Part shown: in pieces, positions 5,790 to 14,124 of the stretch
How the letters are laid out: the number at the start of each line of letters is the position of its first letter
Numbering within the stretch: position 1 is the stretch's first letter
Source of the DNA: Opitutaceae bacterium
GTDB lineage: Bacteria > Verrucomicrobiota > Verrucomicrobiia > Opitutales > Opitutaceae
Length of the DNA: 16,000 bases
NCBI GenBank assembly: GCA_044371245.1
Contig: JBILUB010000009.1
Coordinates: 1 to 16,000 of the forward strand
Direction: 5' to 3'
Made by a program: the position numbers and the translations under genes
Notes under the pieces: generated by a model
The model's database searches: none
Seen by the model: the letters and a program-made list of their open reading frames with translations, nothing else
What the model was told of the DNA's origin: nothing

Positions 5790-8700
5790 ATGCGCGTCCG
5801 TCGATTTCTGGTCCTTGTGATGTTTTTCCTGCCGGTCGCGTTGCCTGGCTTGGAGCCCGACCGGGCGCTGCCGCCGAAGCGCTGGGCGGAGTTGCAGGCG
5901 CGGGCTCGGGCGGTGGGGTCGGCCGGGGAGCAGGCGGCGAGGCTGCTCGCCTGTCGGGATGAGGAGGAGTTGGAGCTGGCCTTGCTGGCGCTGGGTCGGG
6001 TGTGCGCGCGGGGCAAGGGGGCGGGGGCCTCGGCGGCGGCGATCTTTGACGAGTTGCGCGCGCGGCGTGATCCGCGGGCCGACGTGATCGCGGCCGAGCT
6101 GCTGTTGCAGACGGTGGGCGTGGGCAAAGTCGGCTCCTTCGCGCCCGCGCCGCAGATCCTCGATTTCCCCGCGGAGCTGTGCGAGCGGGCGGCCGGTCTG
6201 CTCGGGGATCCCAATCCGGTGGTGCAGGCGATGGGCGAGTGGACGCTGGCCTTGCGGGTGAAAAAGCAGGGCGCGTCGGTGAAGCGCATGGACCAGCTTT
6301 TTCGCCCGCGCCCGGCGGATCTGCGTTGGCACCGGGCGTGGAGCGCGCGTCCGCCGTCGCGCCGCCTGGAGGACGACTACGCGCGCCAGCTGGTGCAGTT
6401 GAACCTGCATCGTGGCCTCGCCGGGCTGCGCAGCGCCAACGAGGCGCTGCACGAGCGTCTGCGTCGGCTGCTCGATGATCCGGGCTCGCGCCGTCCGCCG
6501 GCCGCGGCCCTCGATGGCTACGCGGAGGCGCTGGCCGAGGCGAGGCGGCGGGCCGAGGGCCCGGAGTCCGGCCTGGCGGGCGCGCACCGGGCGCATGTGG
6601 CGCTGCGGGTGGCGGGCCGGGGACTGGTCGAGGCGGCGAGGACGGAGTTTCCGACCGAAGGTTTCGTCTTTCACACCGCCCGGGCGATCCCCGGCGGCGT
6701 GTGGAATGTCAACGTGCCGGTCACGGGTGACACCAACATACCCGGGGGCGACATCTGGGTGCGGCGCTCGGCCGATCCGGCGAGCGAGGGGGTCGCGTTG
6801 CTGCGCGGTGCGCTTGGCGACGGCTCTTTGTCGGGGCTGGATCTCGACTGGGAAGGGCGCGATTTGCTCTTTTCGTTTTGGCAGCAGCCGGTCGATCCCG
6901 CCGCCAAGCCGAGGGGCTGGCGCCTGGGCAACGCGCGTCTGTACCGGCTCGCGCTCGGGGGTGGCGAGCCGCGGGGCCTGCCGGCCAAGGCCGGACACAA
7001 CGATATCGAGCCCAGTTTCCTGCCCGATGGCGGCTATGTTTTCGCCTCGGATCGCTCGGGCTTCGGCAACCAGTGCGCGGGTCCGTTTCTTCAGGACAAG
7101 CGCTGCACGACCCTTTTTCGCCTGGCGCCGGAGGCGGGGGCGGAGCCGGTCGCGATCAGCAACAACAAGGATTTCGACCGCCAGCCGCACGTGCTGAACG
7201 ACGGCACGGTCGTTTTTCTGCACTGGGAGTACCAGGAGCGGGGGCTCTACGAGACGCACGCGGTCTGGCGTTGCCGGCCGGACGGCTCGGGCATGGACGC
7301 GTTTTTCAAGCAGCATCTGTCCCGTCCGATGTCGATCCGCGACGTGGGTCCGGTGCCGGAGTCCGAGTTGTGCGTCGGCACCGCGCAGGGCCACCATGAC
7401 GGGCACAACGGGCCGGTGCTGCTCTTCGACCCGGGCCGGGGTATCAACGCCGCGGATACGATGCTGCTCGTGACCCCGGGCGTCGGGCCGATCGAGGGCG
7501 GGCTCGGACCGCTGGCCGGCCGGACGGTGCCCGAGGGGGGCGTGGCAAACCGGGGAGGATCCTACATCAACCCCTTCGCGCTCTCGGCGCGCGCCTTTCT
7601 GGTCGGGCACGACCTGACGAACACGGAGGCCGATTTCGCCGTCTACTACATCGACGTGTGGGGCAACCGGGAGCTGCTGCATCGCGATCCGGAGTACAGC
7701 TGTGTCTCGCCGCACCCCCTGCGCCCTCGGCCGCGGCCGCCGGTGGTGGCCGACGTGGCCAAGCCGGGCCAGGACCATGCGCTGGCTTTTGTGGAGAACG
7801 TATACCGGGACCTGCCGGGGGTGGAGCCGGGCGCGGTGAAGTACCTGCGGCTCTCGCAGAGTTTGCCGCTGCCCGCGCCGGTGGAGGAGTCCGACCCACG
7901 GCATCGCTTCAACCACCTGCACTGGCTGCCGGGCGACGCGACCACCTCCCATTTTTCCTACTGGAGTTGGTCGCCCTCGCGCACGATCGGGCTGGTGCGC
8001 GTGGCCGAGGACGGCAGCGCCTACTTCAAGGTGCCGGCGGGCACGCCGATCTATCTGCAGGCGCTGGACGCGCGCTATCTCGAGGTTCGGCGCATGCGGA
8101 GCAGCTTCACCCTGCAGCGCGGCGAGTTCAGGGGCTGCGCGGGTTGCCACGAGAGCCGGCCGGAGAGCGCGGGCACGGCGACCCGTTATCCGCGCGAGAC
8201 CTTTGCCGCCGGCCCGCAGACACCGGAGGCGCCGCCGTGGGGCGGGGACACCGTGCTGGACTATCGGCGGCACATCCAGCCGATCTTCGACCGGGCCTGC
8301 GGCTCCTGCCATGGAGAGCGGGCGCCGGCGGGCGGTCTCGATTTGAGCGCGCGAGAGATCGGGGGCTTCGCGCAGTCGTATCGCAGCCTCTTCGGCCTGA
8401 AGCCGGGCGATCCCACGCCGGTCCGCGCGATGGAGTACCACCTCGCGCTGCATCCCGAGGCGAAGGGTGCGCGCTATGTTTCGGACCGCGCGGCCGCGCC
8501 GATCCATCAGCGCATGCAGCAGAATCGTCAGCCGGGGCAGCTCGTCTGGATCTCAGACCGGCTGTCGGGTGCCGAAATCACGGAGCCGCGGCAGTTCGGC
8601 AGCGGGCGTTCGCCGCTCATCCTGCGGCTGCTCGACCCGCAGGATGCCACCCATCGCGATCTGCCGCGCAAGATCGGCCGGGATGGGTGGCTGGCGCTCG

Positions 8701-8930
8701 TCACCTGGATCGATCACAACGCCAACTATCACAGCACGCTGATGGACAAAACGTCCTACGCGCGGGACCGCCAGATCCGTCGGGTGCCCTATGAGTTGCC
8801 CTCGATCTGGATCCCCGGGGACCGTGCGCCGCTCTACCTGAACCGGGCGAATCTGCGGCTCGTCTCTTCGGGCGGGCCGGACCCGGAGCCTCTGCCCGAG
8901 CTCGTGCCCGAGGAGGAGACCGAGCCGTGA
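5790..8930 (+). CDS. Secreted TolB/PD40-like beta-propeller dihaem cytochrome c with an HzsA-like (hydrazine synthase alpha-like) architecture and an N-terminal helical extension (1046 aa).
   Basis: ORF track 5790-8930; ATG at 5790. Signal peptide MRVRRFLVLVMFFLPVALPG. Helical or HEAT-like N-region (LGDPNPVVQAMGEWTLAL). Propeller strings: DLDWEGRDLLFSF, NDIEPSFLPDGGYVFASDRSG, FDRQPHVLNDGTVVFLHWEY, CRPDGSGMD. Two CxxCH motifs: CAGCH (8136-8150, in FTLQRGEFRGCAGCHESR) and CGSCH (8298-8312, in the PSCyt1-like context HIQPIFDRACGSCHGERAPAGGLDLS). The antisense 1097-aa ORF 5214-8507 is a shadow frame. Confidence 0.85.
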   Translation: MRVRRFLVLVMFFLPVALPGLEPDRALPPKRWAELQARARAVGSAGEQAARLLACRDEEELELALLALGRVCARGKGAGASAAAIFDELRARRDPRADVIAAELLLQTVGVGKVGSFAPAPQILDFPAELCERAAGLLGDPNPVVQAMGEWTLALRVKKQGASVKRMDQLFRPRPADLRWHRAWSARPPSRRLEDDYARQLVQLNLHRGLAGLRSANEALHERLRRLLDDPGSRRPPAAALDGYAEALAEARRRAEGPESGLAGAHRAHVALRVAGRGLVEAARTEFPTEGFVFHTARAIPGGVWNVNVPVTGDTNIPGGDIWVRRSADPASEGVALLRGALGDGSLSGLDLDWEGRDLLFSFWQQPVDPAAKPRGWRLGNARLYRLALGGGEPRGLPAKAGHNDIEPSFLPDGGYVFASDRSGFGNQCAGPFLQDKRCTTLFRLAPEAGAEPVAISNNKDFDRQPHVLNDGTVVFLHWEYQERGLYETHAVWRCRPDGSGMDAFFKQHLSRPMSIRDVGPVPESELCVGTAQGHHDGHNGPVLLFDPGRGINAADTMLLVTPGVGPIEGGLGPLAGRTVPEGGVANRGGSYINPFALSARAFLVGHDLTNTEADFAVYYIDVWGNRELLHRDPEYSCVSPHPLRPRPRPPVVADVAKPGQDHALAFVENVYRDLPGVEPGAVKYLRLSQSLPLPAPVEESDPRHRFNHLHWLPGDATTSHFSYWSWSPSRTIGLVRVAEDGSAYFKVPAGTPIYLQALDARYLEVRRMRSSFTLQRGEFRGCAGCHESRPESAGTATRYPRETFAAGPQTPEAPPWGGDTVLDYRRHIQPIFDRACGSCHGERAPAGGLDLSAREIGGFAQSYRSLFGLKPGDPTPVRAMEYHLALHPEAKGARYVSDRAAAPIHQRMQQNRQPGQLVWISDRLSGAEITEPRQFGSGRSPLILRLLDPQDATHRDLPRKIGRDGWLALVTWIDHNANYHSTLMDKTSYARDRQIRRVPYELPSIWIPGDRAPLYLNRANLRLVSSGGPDPEPLPELVPEEETEP

Positions 8931-10705
8931 AGTCGTTCGGGTGGGCGCTCGCGTGGGTCTGTTTCGCGTCGGTGGCGGGCGTGTCCGGGGCGGGTTACGC
9001 CGACCCGACGGCACTGCTCGCGGCGCCCGGTGGCGAGCGGCTGTGGGTGGCGGCGGGCGGCAGGGATGAGATCGTGGTGGTGGAAACGGCGGCGCCCCAC
9101 GTGGACGCGCGTTGGCCCCTGCCCGGCAGTCCGACCGGTCTGGCTCTCGGTCCGGACGGAGTGTCGCTCTACGCGACCTTGGGGGCGGCGGGCCCGGGGT
9201 CGGTGGTCGAGCTCGACGCGCGCGACGGCCGGGTGCGGGGGCACTGGACGGCGGGCCATGCGCCGCTCGCGCCGGTGCTGCTGGAGGAGGGGCGTGTGCT
9301 CGCGCTCGCCCGTCGTTTCGAGGGCGTGGTCGCGCTGCATGCCCTGCCCGGAGGGCGCGAGCTGGCGACGATCCCGGTGGGGCGGGAGCCGGTGGTCTTG
9401 TTGGCCGGTGGTGATGGGCGCTCGTTGTGGGTGGTGAACCAGCTGCCCGAGCAGGCGGCGACGGACGCGCACGTGGCGGCCGCGGTGGTGCGGGTCGACC
9501 TCGCGACGGGACGGGTCGATGCCCGGGTACCCTTGCCTAACGGCTCCTCGAGCGCGCGGGGCGCGACGCTCAGCCCGGACGGGGCCCTGCTGATGGTGAC
9601 GCACGTGGTGGGTCATTATCAGTTGCCGACCAATCAGCTCGAGCGGGGCTGGATGAACGTCAACGCCCTCTCGGTGATCGACACCCGCGAGGCCCGGCGC
9701 CTGGGCACGTTGTTGCTCGATGATCCGACGCGGGGCGCGGCGAATCCCCGCGGGGTGTTGGTGACGCCGGGTGCGCAGGACCTCGTGGTGGCGCTCTCGG
9801 GCACACACGAGCTGAGCATCTTTCCCTTCCGGGCGCTGCTCGACCGGCTGGCGGCCGCCGGGGGTGATGAAGGCGCCTGGGATCATGACTTGCTCTCGAT
9901 GAGGACGGTCGGCCGGCGGCGACTGGCATTGCCGGGACGCGGGCCGCGTGAAGTGGCGTGGGCCGCGGGCCGAATCTGGGCGGCGGAGTACTTCAGCGGC
10001 ACGCTGGTCGGGTTGGAGCCGGAGGGCGAGGGGCGTGCGGAGGTGGTGCTCGAGCTGGCGCCGGAACGGATCGAGCCCGATGCGGTGCGGCGGGGGGAGG
10101 AGGCGTTTTTCGACGCGGAGCGATGTTTCCAGGCCTGGCAGAGCTGCGCCAGCTGCCATCCGGACACCCGGGTGGATGGATTGAACTGGGATCTGCTCAA
10201 CGACGGGGTGGGCAACCCCAAGCAGACGCGCAGCCTAGTGCTCTCGCCCGCGACCCCGCCGGTGATGGCGCTCGGGGTGAGAGCGCATGCCGGGGTGGCG
10301 GTGCGGGCGGGTTTTCGTTTCATCCAGTTCGCGGGAGTGGACGAGGCCGTGGCCGCGGATGTGGACGCCTACCTCGACTCGCTGCGTCCGATCTTGCCGC
10401 CGCCGGTCGATCTCGAGCTGGCTCGCCGAGGGGAGCAGATCTTCGACCGCCTGGGCTGCGGCGAGTGCCACCCGGCGCCGCACGGCACGGACGGGCAGCT
10501 GCACCCGATCCGCCATGCGACGGGGACGGACCGGGGACGGGATTTCGAGACCCCGGTGCTGCGCGAACTTTGGCGCACGGCGCCCTATCTGCACGACGGT
10601 CGCGCGGCCGGGCTGGAAGAGGCGCTGCGGATCAAATCCAAAGCGGCGAGCGAGTTGGAGGCGAGTGAGCTCGGCGCCCTGGTCGCCTACCTCCGTAGCC
10701 TCTGA
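8927..10705 (+). CDS. Secreted YVTN-type beta-propeller fused to a dihaem cytochrome c peroxidase (CCP/MauG family) domain (592 aa).
   Basis: ORF track 8927-10705. A GTG start overlaps the upstream TGA (GTGA at 8927-8930). Signal peptide MKSFGWALAWVCFASVAGVSGA. About seven propeller-blade-like repeats (LWVAAGGRDEIVVVE, PTGLALGPDGVSLYATL, ATLSPDGALLMVTH, NALSVIDTREARRL, and others). CCP hallmarks: RRGEEAFFDAERCFQAWQSCASCHPD (CASCH 10145-10159), GEQIFDRLGCGECHPAP (CGECH 10457-10471), FETPVLRELWRTAPYLHDGRAAGLEEAL. Confidence 0.9.
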   Translation: MKSFGWALAWVCFASVAGVSGAGYADPTALLAAPGGERLWVAAGGRDEIVVVETAAPHVDARWPLPGSPTGLALGPDGVSLYATLGAAGPGSVVELDARDGRVRGHWTAGHAPLAPVLLEEGRVLALARRFEGVVALHALPGGRELATIPVGREPVVLLAGGDGRSLWVVNQLPEQAATDAHVAAAVVRVDLATGRVDARVPLPNGSSSARGATLSPDGALLMVTHVVGHYQLPTNQLERGWMNVNALSVIDTREARRLGTLLLDDPTRGAANPRGVLVTPGAQDLVVALSGTHELSIFPFRALLDRLAAAGGDEGAWDHDLLSMRTVGRRRLALPGRGPREVAWAAGRIWAAEYFSGTLVGLEPEGEGRAEVVLELAPERIEPDAVRRGEEAFFDAERCFQAWQSCASCHPDTRVDGLNWDLLNDGVGNPKQTRSLVLSPATPPVMALGVRAHAGVAVRAGFRFIQFAGVDEAVAADVDAYLDSLRPILPPPVDLELARRGEQIFDRLGCGECHPAPHGTDGQLHPIRHATGTDRGRDFETPVLRELWRTAPYLHDGRAAGLEEALRIKSKAASELEASELGALVAYLRSL

Positions 10706-10836
10706 TGCACATCTTGGCGCTTGGCGAGGCGGCTTGACCTACCAAGGTAGGGATGACGCATACCCGGCCTTGCGGCAGAGTGCGTTCAGCATACCCCTCT
10801 ACCCCAGACCCCGTCACGGCCCCGGCCGTGCTCGCC

Positions 10837-13800
10837 ATGGATCGTCGTACCCCAGCCATCCTGATTAGCCTGCTCGCTCTCGCCGGAGCGCGTGAGCTTC
10901 CCGCCGCCCCGTCTCCGATCTCCCCGGAAGCGGCGCAGGCCTTTGCCCGTTATTGCTACGAGTGTCACGGACTCGACAGCGACAAGGGCGAGCTGGCGGT
11001 GCAGGAAATCCTGGAGGAGCCGGCCCGCTACGAGCTGAACCACGACAGCTTGGAAAACATCCTCGAACAGATCGAGGAAGGCCTGATGCCGCCGCGCAAA
11101 GCCGAGGCGCAGCCGGATGACGCCACGCGGGAGACGCTGGCCGAGTCGATCCGATCGATCATCCGGCAGATGGCGGAAAAACAGCACGATGATCCCGGCT
11201 TGGTGGTGATGCCGCGGCTGAATCGTGACGACTACGCGCGCGCGGCCCGCGATCTGGCGGGGGTGCGTTTCGCCCGCCCGCCCTCGTGGCCGCTGCCGGC
11301 GGAGGGTGGAGCGGGCGAGGGCTTTGGGAATGTCGGGCAGGCGCAGGGCATGAACGACGCTTTGCTGGAGAAATACCTGCACACGGCGAAGGAGTTTCTT
11401 TCGCACCTGCGGGCGGATCCGGACGGAGGTTTCGCGTGGGACGAGACGCCCCGGACCGCGGTGGAGTCGCCCGCGGATCTGCGGCGTGAGGCCGTCGCGG
11501 ATTGGGTGGTGTTTCACCAATCGGTGCTCGCGGGGCAGCCCGAGCGACTGCTGGCCGCGGCGCGCGAGAAACTGGGATACAGCCATGGCGCGTACTGGGA
11601 AGTGGCCTGGGCCTACGAGCATCGAGCCGCGTTTAACCGGGCGAACACGACCTTCGCGGAGTTGATCAAAGGCTATCCGGTGGCGCTCTCCCCCTCCTCG
11701 GCCCGTCTCTGGCATGAATTTCTCACGGGCAAGGAAGACGGCGGGGCGCACCTCAACGAAGTGCGCGCCCGTTGGAGTCGCATCCCGCCTCCCGGCCGGC
11801 AGACGCTGGAGCAGCGCCGCGCGGACATCGCGGCGATCGACGCCTGGTTTCACCAACGTGCGCGCAACGACGCCCGCTACCCGGCGGAGGCGCAGGAGGA
11901 TCGCCGGGCTCGTCGGCAGAACCAAAAGGCGGCGGACGAGCGCCTGGTCGTCCGGGCCAACGCTTCCTCGGCTCGGGAGCTCTGGCTGGTGATCAGCTCG
12001 GGGGGCGACGCGTCGACCGGCGAGCGCCTGCGCCTGAGCGGCACCGCGGTCGATCAACGCCAGCGCAGCACCGCGTGGGACGCGGCGGGCTTCGCGCTGG
12101 AGGATGCGCGCGGCCAGCGCTTGAGCCTCGGTGGAGGCGGTCCGGTCCTGCAGGCGCCCGGGGCGTGGCGCATCCGCGTGCCGGCCGGCTTCGCCACGCT
12201 CGAGCTGGCGTGCGAGTTCGAGGCCGGCGGCCCGACGGATCCCACGGTGCAACTGGCCGTGCTCGACCGGGCGCCCTTGCCGGCCGAGATCGATTTCCTC
12301 GCGGGCAAACGCGTGAGGGGGCGCCCCGGCAGCGCCTTGGTCCGGGATGCGGCCAAGGCCGACGAAGAGGTCGACCGGGCGGTTCGCTCCCGGGTGCGGC
12401 GACTGGTCAACAACGAGGTGCTCTACTTCGCGGGCTTCGACGACTTTGACGTTTCCTACCTCGGGGCCGAGGCCTGGAAAGGCGAGCCGCCGGGGAACAG
12501 CCGGGCGGTGCGCCCCTACGCGCTGCATCCGCTGGAGATGCGTGAGGACGCGATGCTGGACCCGGTTTTCGGCCCGCGCCTGCAGGCCTTGCGGCAGCGT
12601 TTGCGCTTCGTGGCGCAGATCCCCCACCAGGATCTGGCCGCGCTGCGTCGACAGGCCGGCGCCAAGGACGCGATCGAGGGTGAGCCGATACCGCCGGCCG
12701 AGCTCGATCGGCTGCCATCGGACCAACGGCGAAAGGCGATGGAGCTGACCCGACGCATCGAGGAGGCCGAGCGCGGGGCCCGGGCCGCCGCGGCCCGGGA
12801 TCTGGCCGCGTTCGTACGGCGGGCGTGGCGCCGGGATCTGAGCGCCGAGGAGAACGCGGCCTTGCTCGCCCGCTACGACGCCGCCCGGGCGGAGGGACGT
12901 CCCTACGACTCGGCGATCAAAGCGACCCTGCAAGTCGCGTTGATGTCGCCCCAGTTCCTCTACCGGCTCCAGCCGCTGCCCGAAGCGGTGCCGAGCGCGC
13001 CCTCGGTGCTGCCGCTCGATCCCTGGGCGCTGGCCTCGCGGCTCTCGTTTTTCCTCTGGAGCTCGGTGCCGGACGAGCCTCTCCTCGCGGCCGCCCGCGA
13101 AGGACGTCTGAGCGACCCCGCGGAGCTCCGCACGCAGGTCGCACGCATGTTGCAGGATGAGCGGGCGCGGGCGCTGGCGGAGCTCTTTGCCGGCCAGTGG
13201 CTCGGCTATGCGGGGTTTTCGGACCACGCGGTGCCGGATGCGGAGCTTTTTCCCGAGTTCACCCCCGCGCTGCGGGTGGCGATGGAGGAGGAGACCACAC
13301 GATTCCTCCTCGATATCGTGCAAGGCCGCGCGCCGGTGCTCGATCTGATCGCGGCGGACTACACCTACCTCAACGAGGACCTCGCGCGTCATTACGGCGT
13401 GCCAGGAGTCGAGGGCCCGGAGCTGCGCCGCGTGCAAGTCGATCCCGCGCGGCGTGGAGGCATCCTCGCCCAAGGCAGCGTGTTGACGAAAACCTCGACC
13501 GCGCTGCGCACCAGCCCGGTGCTGCGCGGCGTGTGGTTGATCGAGCGCATCCTCGGCCAGGAGATCCCGACGCCGCCACCGGTGCCGGCCTTGTCCGACG
13601 GGGAGACCAGCCCGGAGGGCCTGACCCTGATCAAGCAACTCGAGGCCCATCGCGCCGACCCCTCCTGCGCGAGTTGTCACAACCGGATCGATCCCCCGGG
13701 CCTGAGCCTGGAAAATTTCGACGCGGTCGGGCGCTGGCGAGACAGCTACTCGGGCGGACTCGCGGTCGATGCCGCCGGACGACTGCCGAATGGCACGCGG

Positions 13801-14124
13801 GTCGAGGGCTTGAAGGGGCTCCGCTCGCTGCTGCTGACCCAGCGCGAGACCGTCCTGCGCACCTTCGCCACGAAGCTAATCGGCTATGCCCTCGGGCGCG
13901 CCTACCAACCGGGTGACGACGCGCTGCGCGCCCGCGTGATGCAGGCCCTCGCCGACCCGCGGGCGGGCTTCCCGGCCGCCACTCTCGAGATCGTCACCAG
14001 CCGCCAGTTTACCCATCGCCGCGCGGAGCCCGCCGCTCCGCTTTTCGCCGCGCCGACGCCGGCGCCGGCCAGCCCCGCCCTCGCCCAACACCCCTCCGGA
14101 CCCGCCGCCGGACCCCGACCATGA
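10837..14124 (+). CDS. DUF1592-family protein (DUF1587/1595/1592/1588/1585 = PSD3/PSD5/PSD4/PSCyt3/PSD2 modules) with two CxxCH motifs (1095 aa).
   Basis: ORF track 10753-14124. Start preferred at ATG 10837 (MDRRTPAILISLLALAGARELPA, a signal peptide). CYECH at 10954-10968. PRLNRDDYARAARDLAGV is DUF1587-like. FVRRAWRRDLSAEE...ATLQVALMSPQFLYR is DUF1595-like. LASRLSFFLWSSVPDEPLL is DUF1592-like. DYTYLNEDLARHYG...LRTSPVLRGVWLIERILG is DUF1588-like. CASCH at 13666-13680 (RADPSCASCHNRIDPPG). FATKLIGYALGR is DUF1585-like. Confidence 0.9.
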   Translation: MDRRTPAILISLLALAGARELPAAPSPISPEAAQAFARYCYECHGLDSDKGELAVQEILEEPARYELNHDSLENILEQIEEGLMPPRKAEAQPDDATRETLAESIRSIIRQMAEKQHDDPGLVVMPRLNRDDYARAARDLAGVRFARPPSWPLPAEGGAGEGFGNVGQAQGMNDALLEKYLHTAKEFLSHLRADPDGGFAWDETPRTAVESPADLRREAVADWVVFHQSVLAGQPERLLAAAREKLGYSHGAYWEVAWAYEHRAAFNRANTTFAELIKGYPVALSPSSARLWHEFLTGKEDGGAHLNEVRARWSRIPPPGRQTLEQRRADIAAIDAWFHQRARNDARYPAEAQEDRRARRQNQKAADERLVVRANASSARELWLVISSGGDASTGERLRLSGTAVDQRQRSTAWDAAGFALEDARGQRLSLGGGGPVLQAPGAWRIRVPAGFATLELACEFEAGGPTDPTVQLAVLDRAPLPAEIDFLAGKRVRGRPGSALVRDAAKADEEVDRAVRSRVRRLVNNEVLYFAGFDDFDVSYLGAEAWKGEPPGNSRAVRPYALHPLEMREDAMLDPVFGPRLQALRQRLRFVAQIPHQDLAALRRQAGAKDAIEGEPIPPAELDRLPSDQRRKAMELTRRIEEAERGARAAAARDLAAFVRRAWRRDLSAEENAALLARYDAARAEGRPYDSAIKATLQVALMSPQFLYRLQPLPEAVPSAPSVLPLDPWALASRLSFFLWSSVPDEPLLAAAREGRLSDPAELRTQVARMLQDERARALAELFAGQWLGYAGFSDHAVPDAELFPEFTPALRVAMEEETTRFLLDIVQGRAPVLDLIAADYTYLNEDLARHYGVPGVEGPELRRVQVDPARRGGILAQGSVLTKTSTALRTSPVLRGVWLIERILGQEIPTPPPVPALSDGETSPEGLTLIKQLEAHRADPSCASCHNRIDPPGLSLENFDAVGRWRDSYSGGLAVDAAGRLPNGTRVEGLKGLRSLLLTQRETVLRTFATKLIGYALGRAYQPGDDALRARVMQALADPRAGFPAATLEIVTSRQFTHRRAEPAAPLFAAPTPAPASPALAQHPSGPAAGPRP

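Noticed and set aside
5540-6289. N-terminal 250-aa extension of the b562 ORF (track 5108-6289).
   Set aside because: The extension is Ser/Ala/Arg low-complexity. It crosses the intergenic spacer and overlaps the 5790 gene. A clean signal peptide begins at the internal ATG 5539.
5214-8507. 1097-aa minus-strand ORF, one of the longest in the track.
   Set aside because: It is extremely Arg/Pro/Ala-rich with no domain-like strings. It is antisense to the plus-strand gene 5790-8930, which has a signal peptide, propeller repeats and CxxCH motifs.
8834-10159. 441-aa minus-strand ORF.
   Set aside because: It is an Arg-rich shadow frame opposite the propeller-CCP gene.
5790-10705. Calling the pair a genuine anammox hydrazine synthase (hzsA/hzsBC).
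   Set aside because: Only the domain architecture is matched by eye. The genomic context is that of a heterotrophic polysaccharide degrader. No hydrazine dehydrogenase/HAO-like multihaem gene is nearby. The second haem of gene 1 sits in a generic PSCyt1-like context. It is kept as 'HZS-like' only.
10734-10763. Sigma70-like promoter (TTGACC at 10734-10739) and the CCTACC-AA-GGTAGG palindrome (10738-10751) upstream of the DUF1592 gene. Also the tandem CTTGGCG x2 at 10713-10726.
   Set aside because: No convincing -10 hexamer lies at 16-19 nt spacing (best is CATACC). A 6-bp palindrome with a 2-nt spacer and a 7-mer duplication are within chance expectation.
10753-10836. Upstream ATG (10753) as the start of the DUF1592-family gene.
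   Set aside because: It would put 28 non-hydrophobic residues in front of the signal peptide that begins at ATG 10837. It is not excluded, only less likely.
10786-13680. 964-aa minus-strand ORF.
   Set aside because: It is an Arg-rich shadow frame opposite the DUF1592-family gene, whose plus frame carries all the family signatures.
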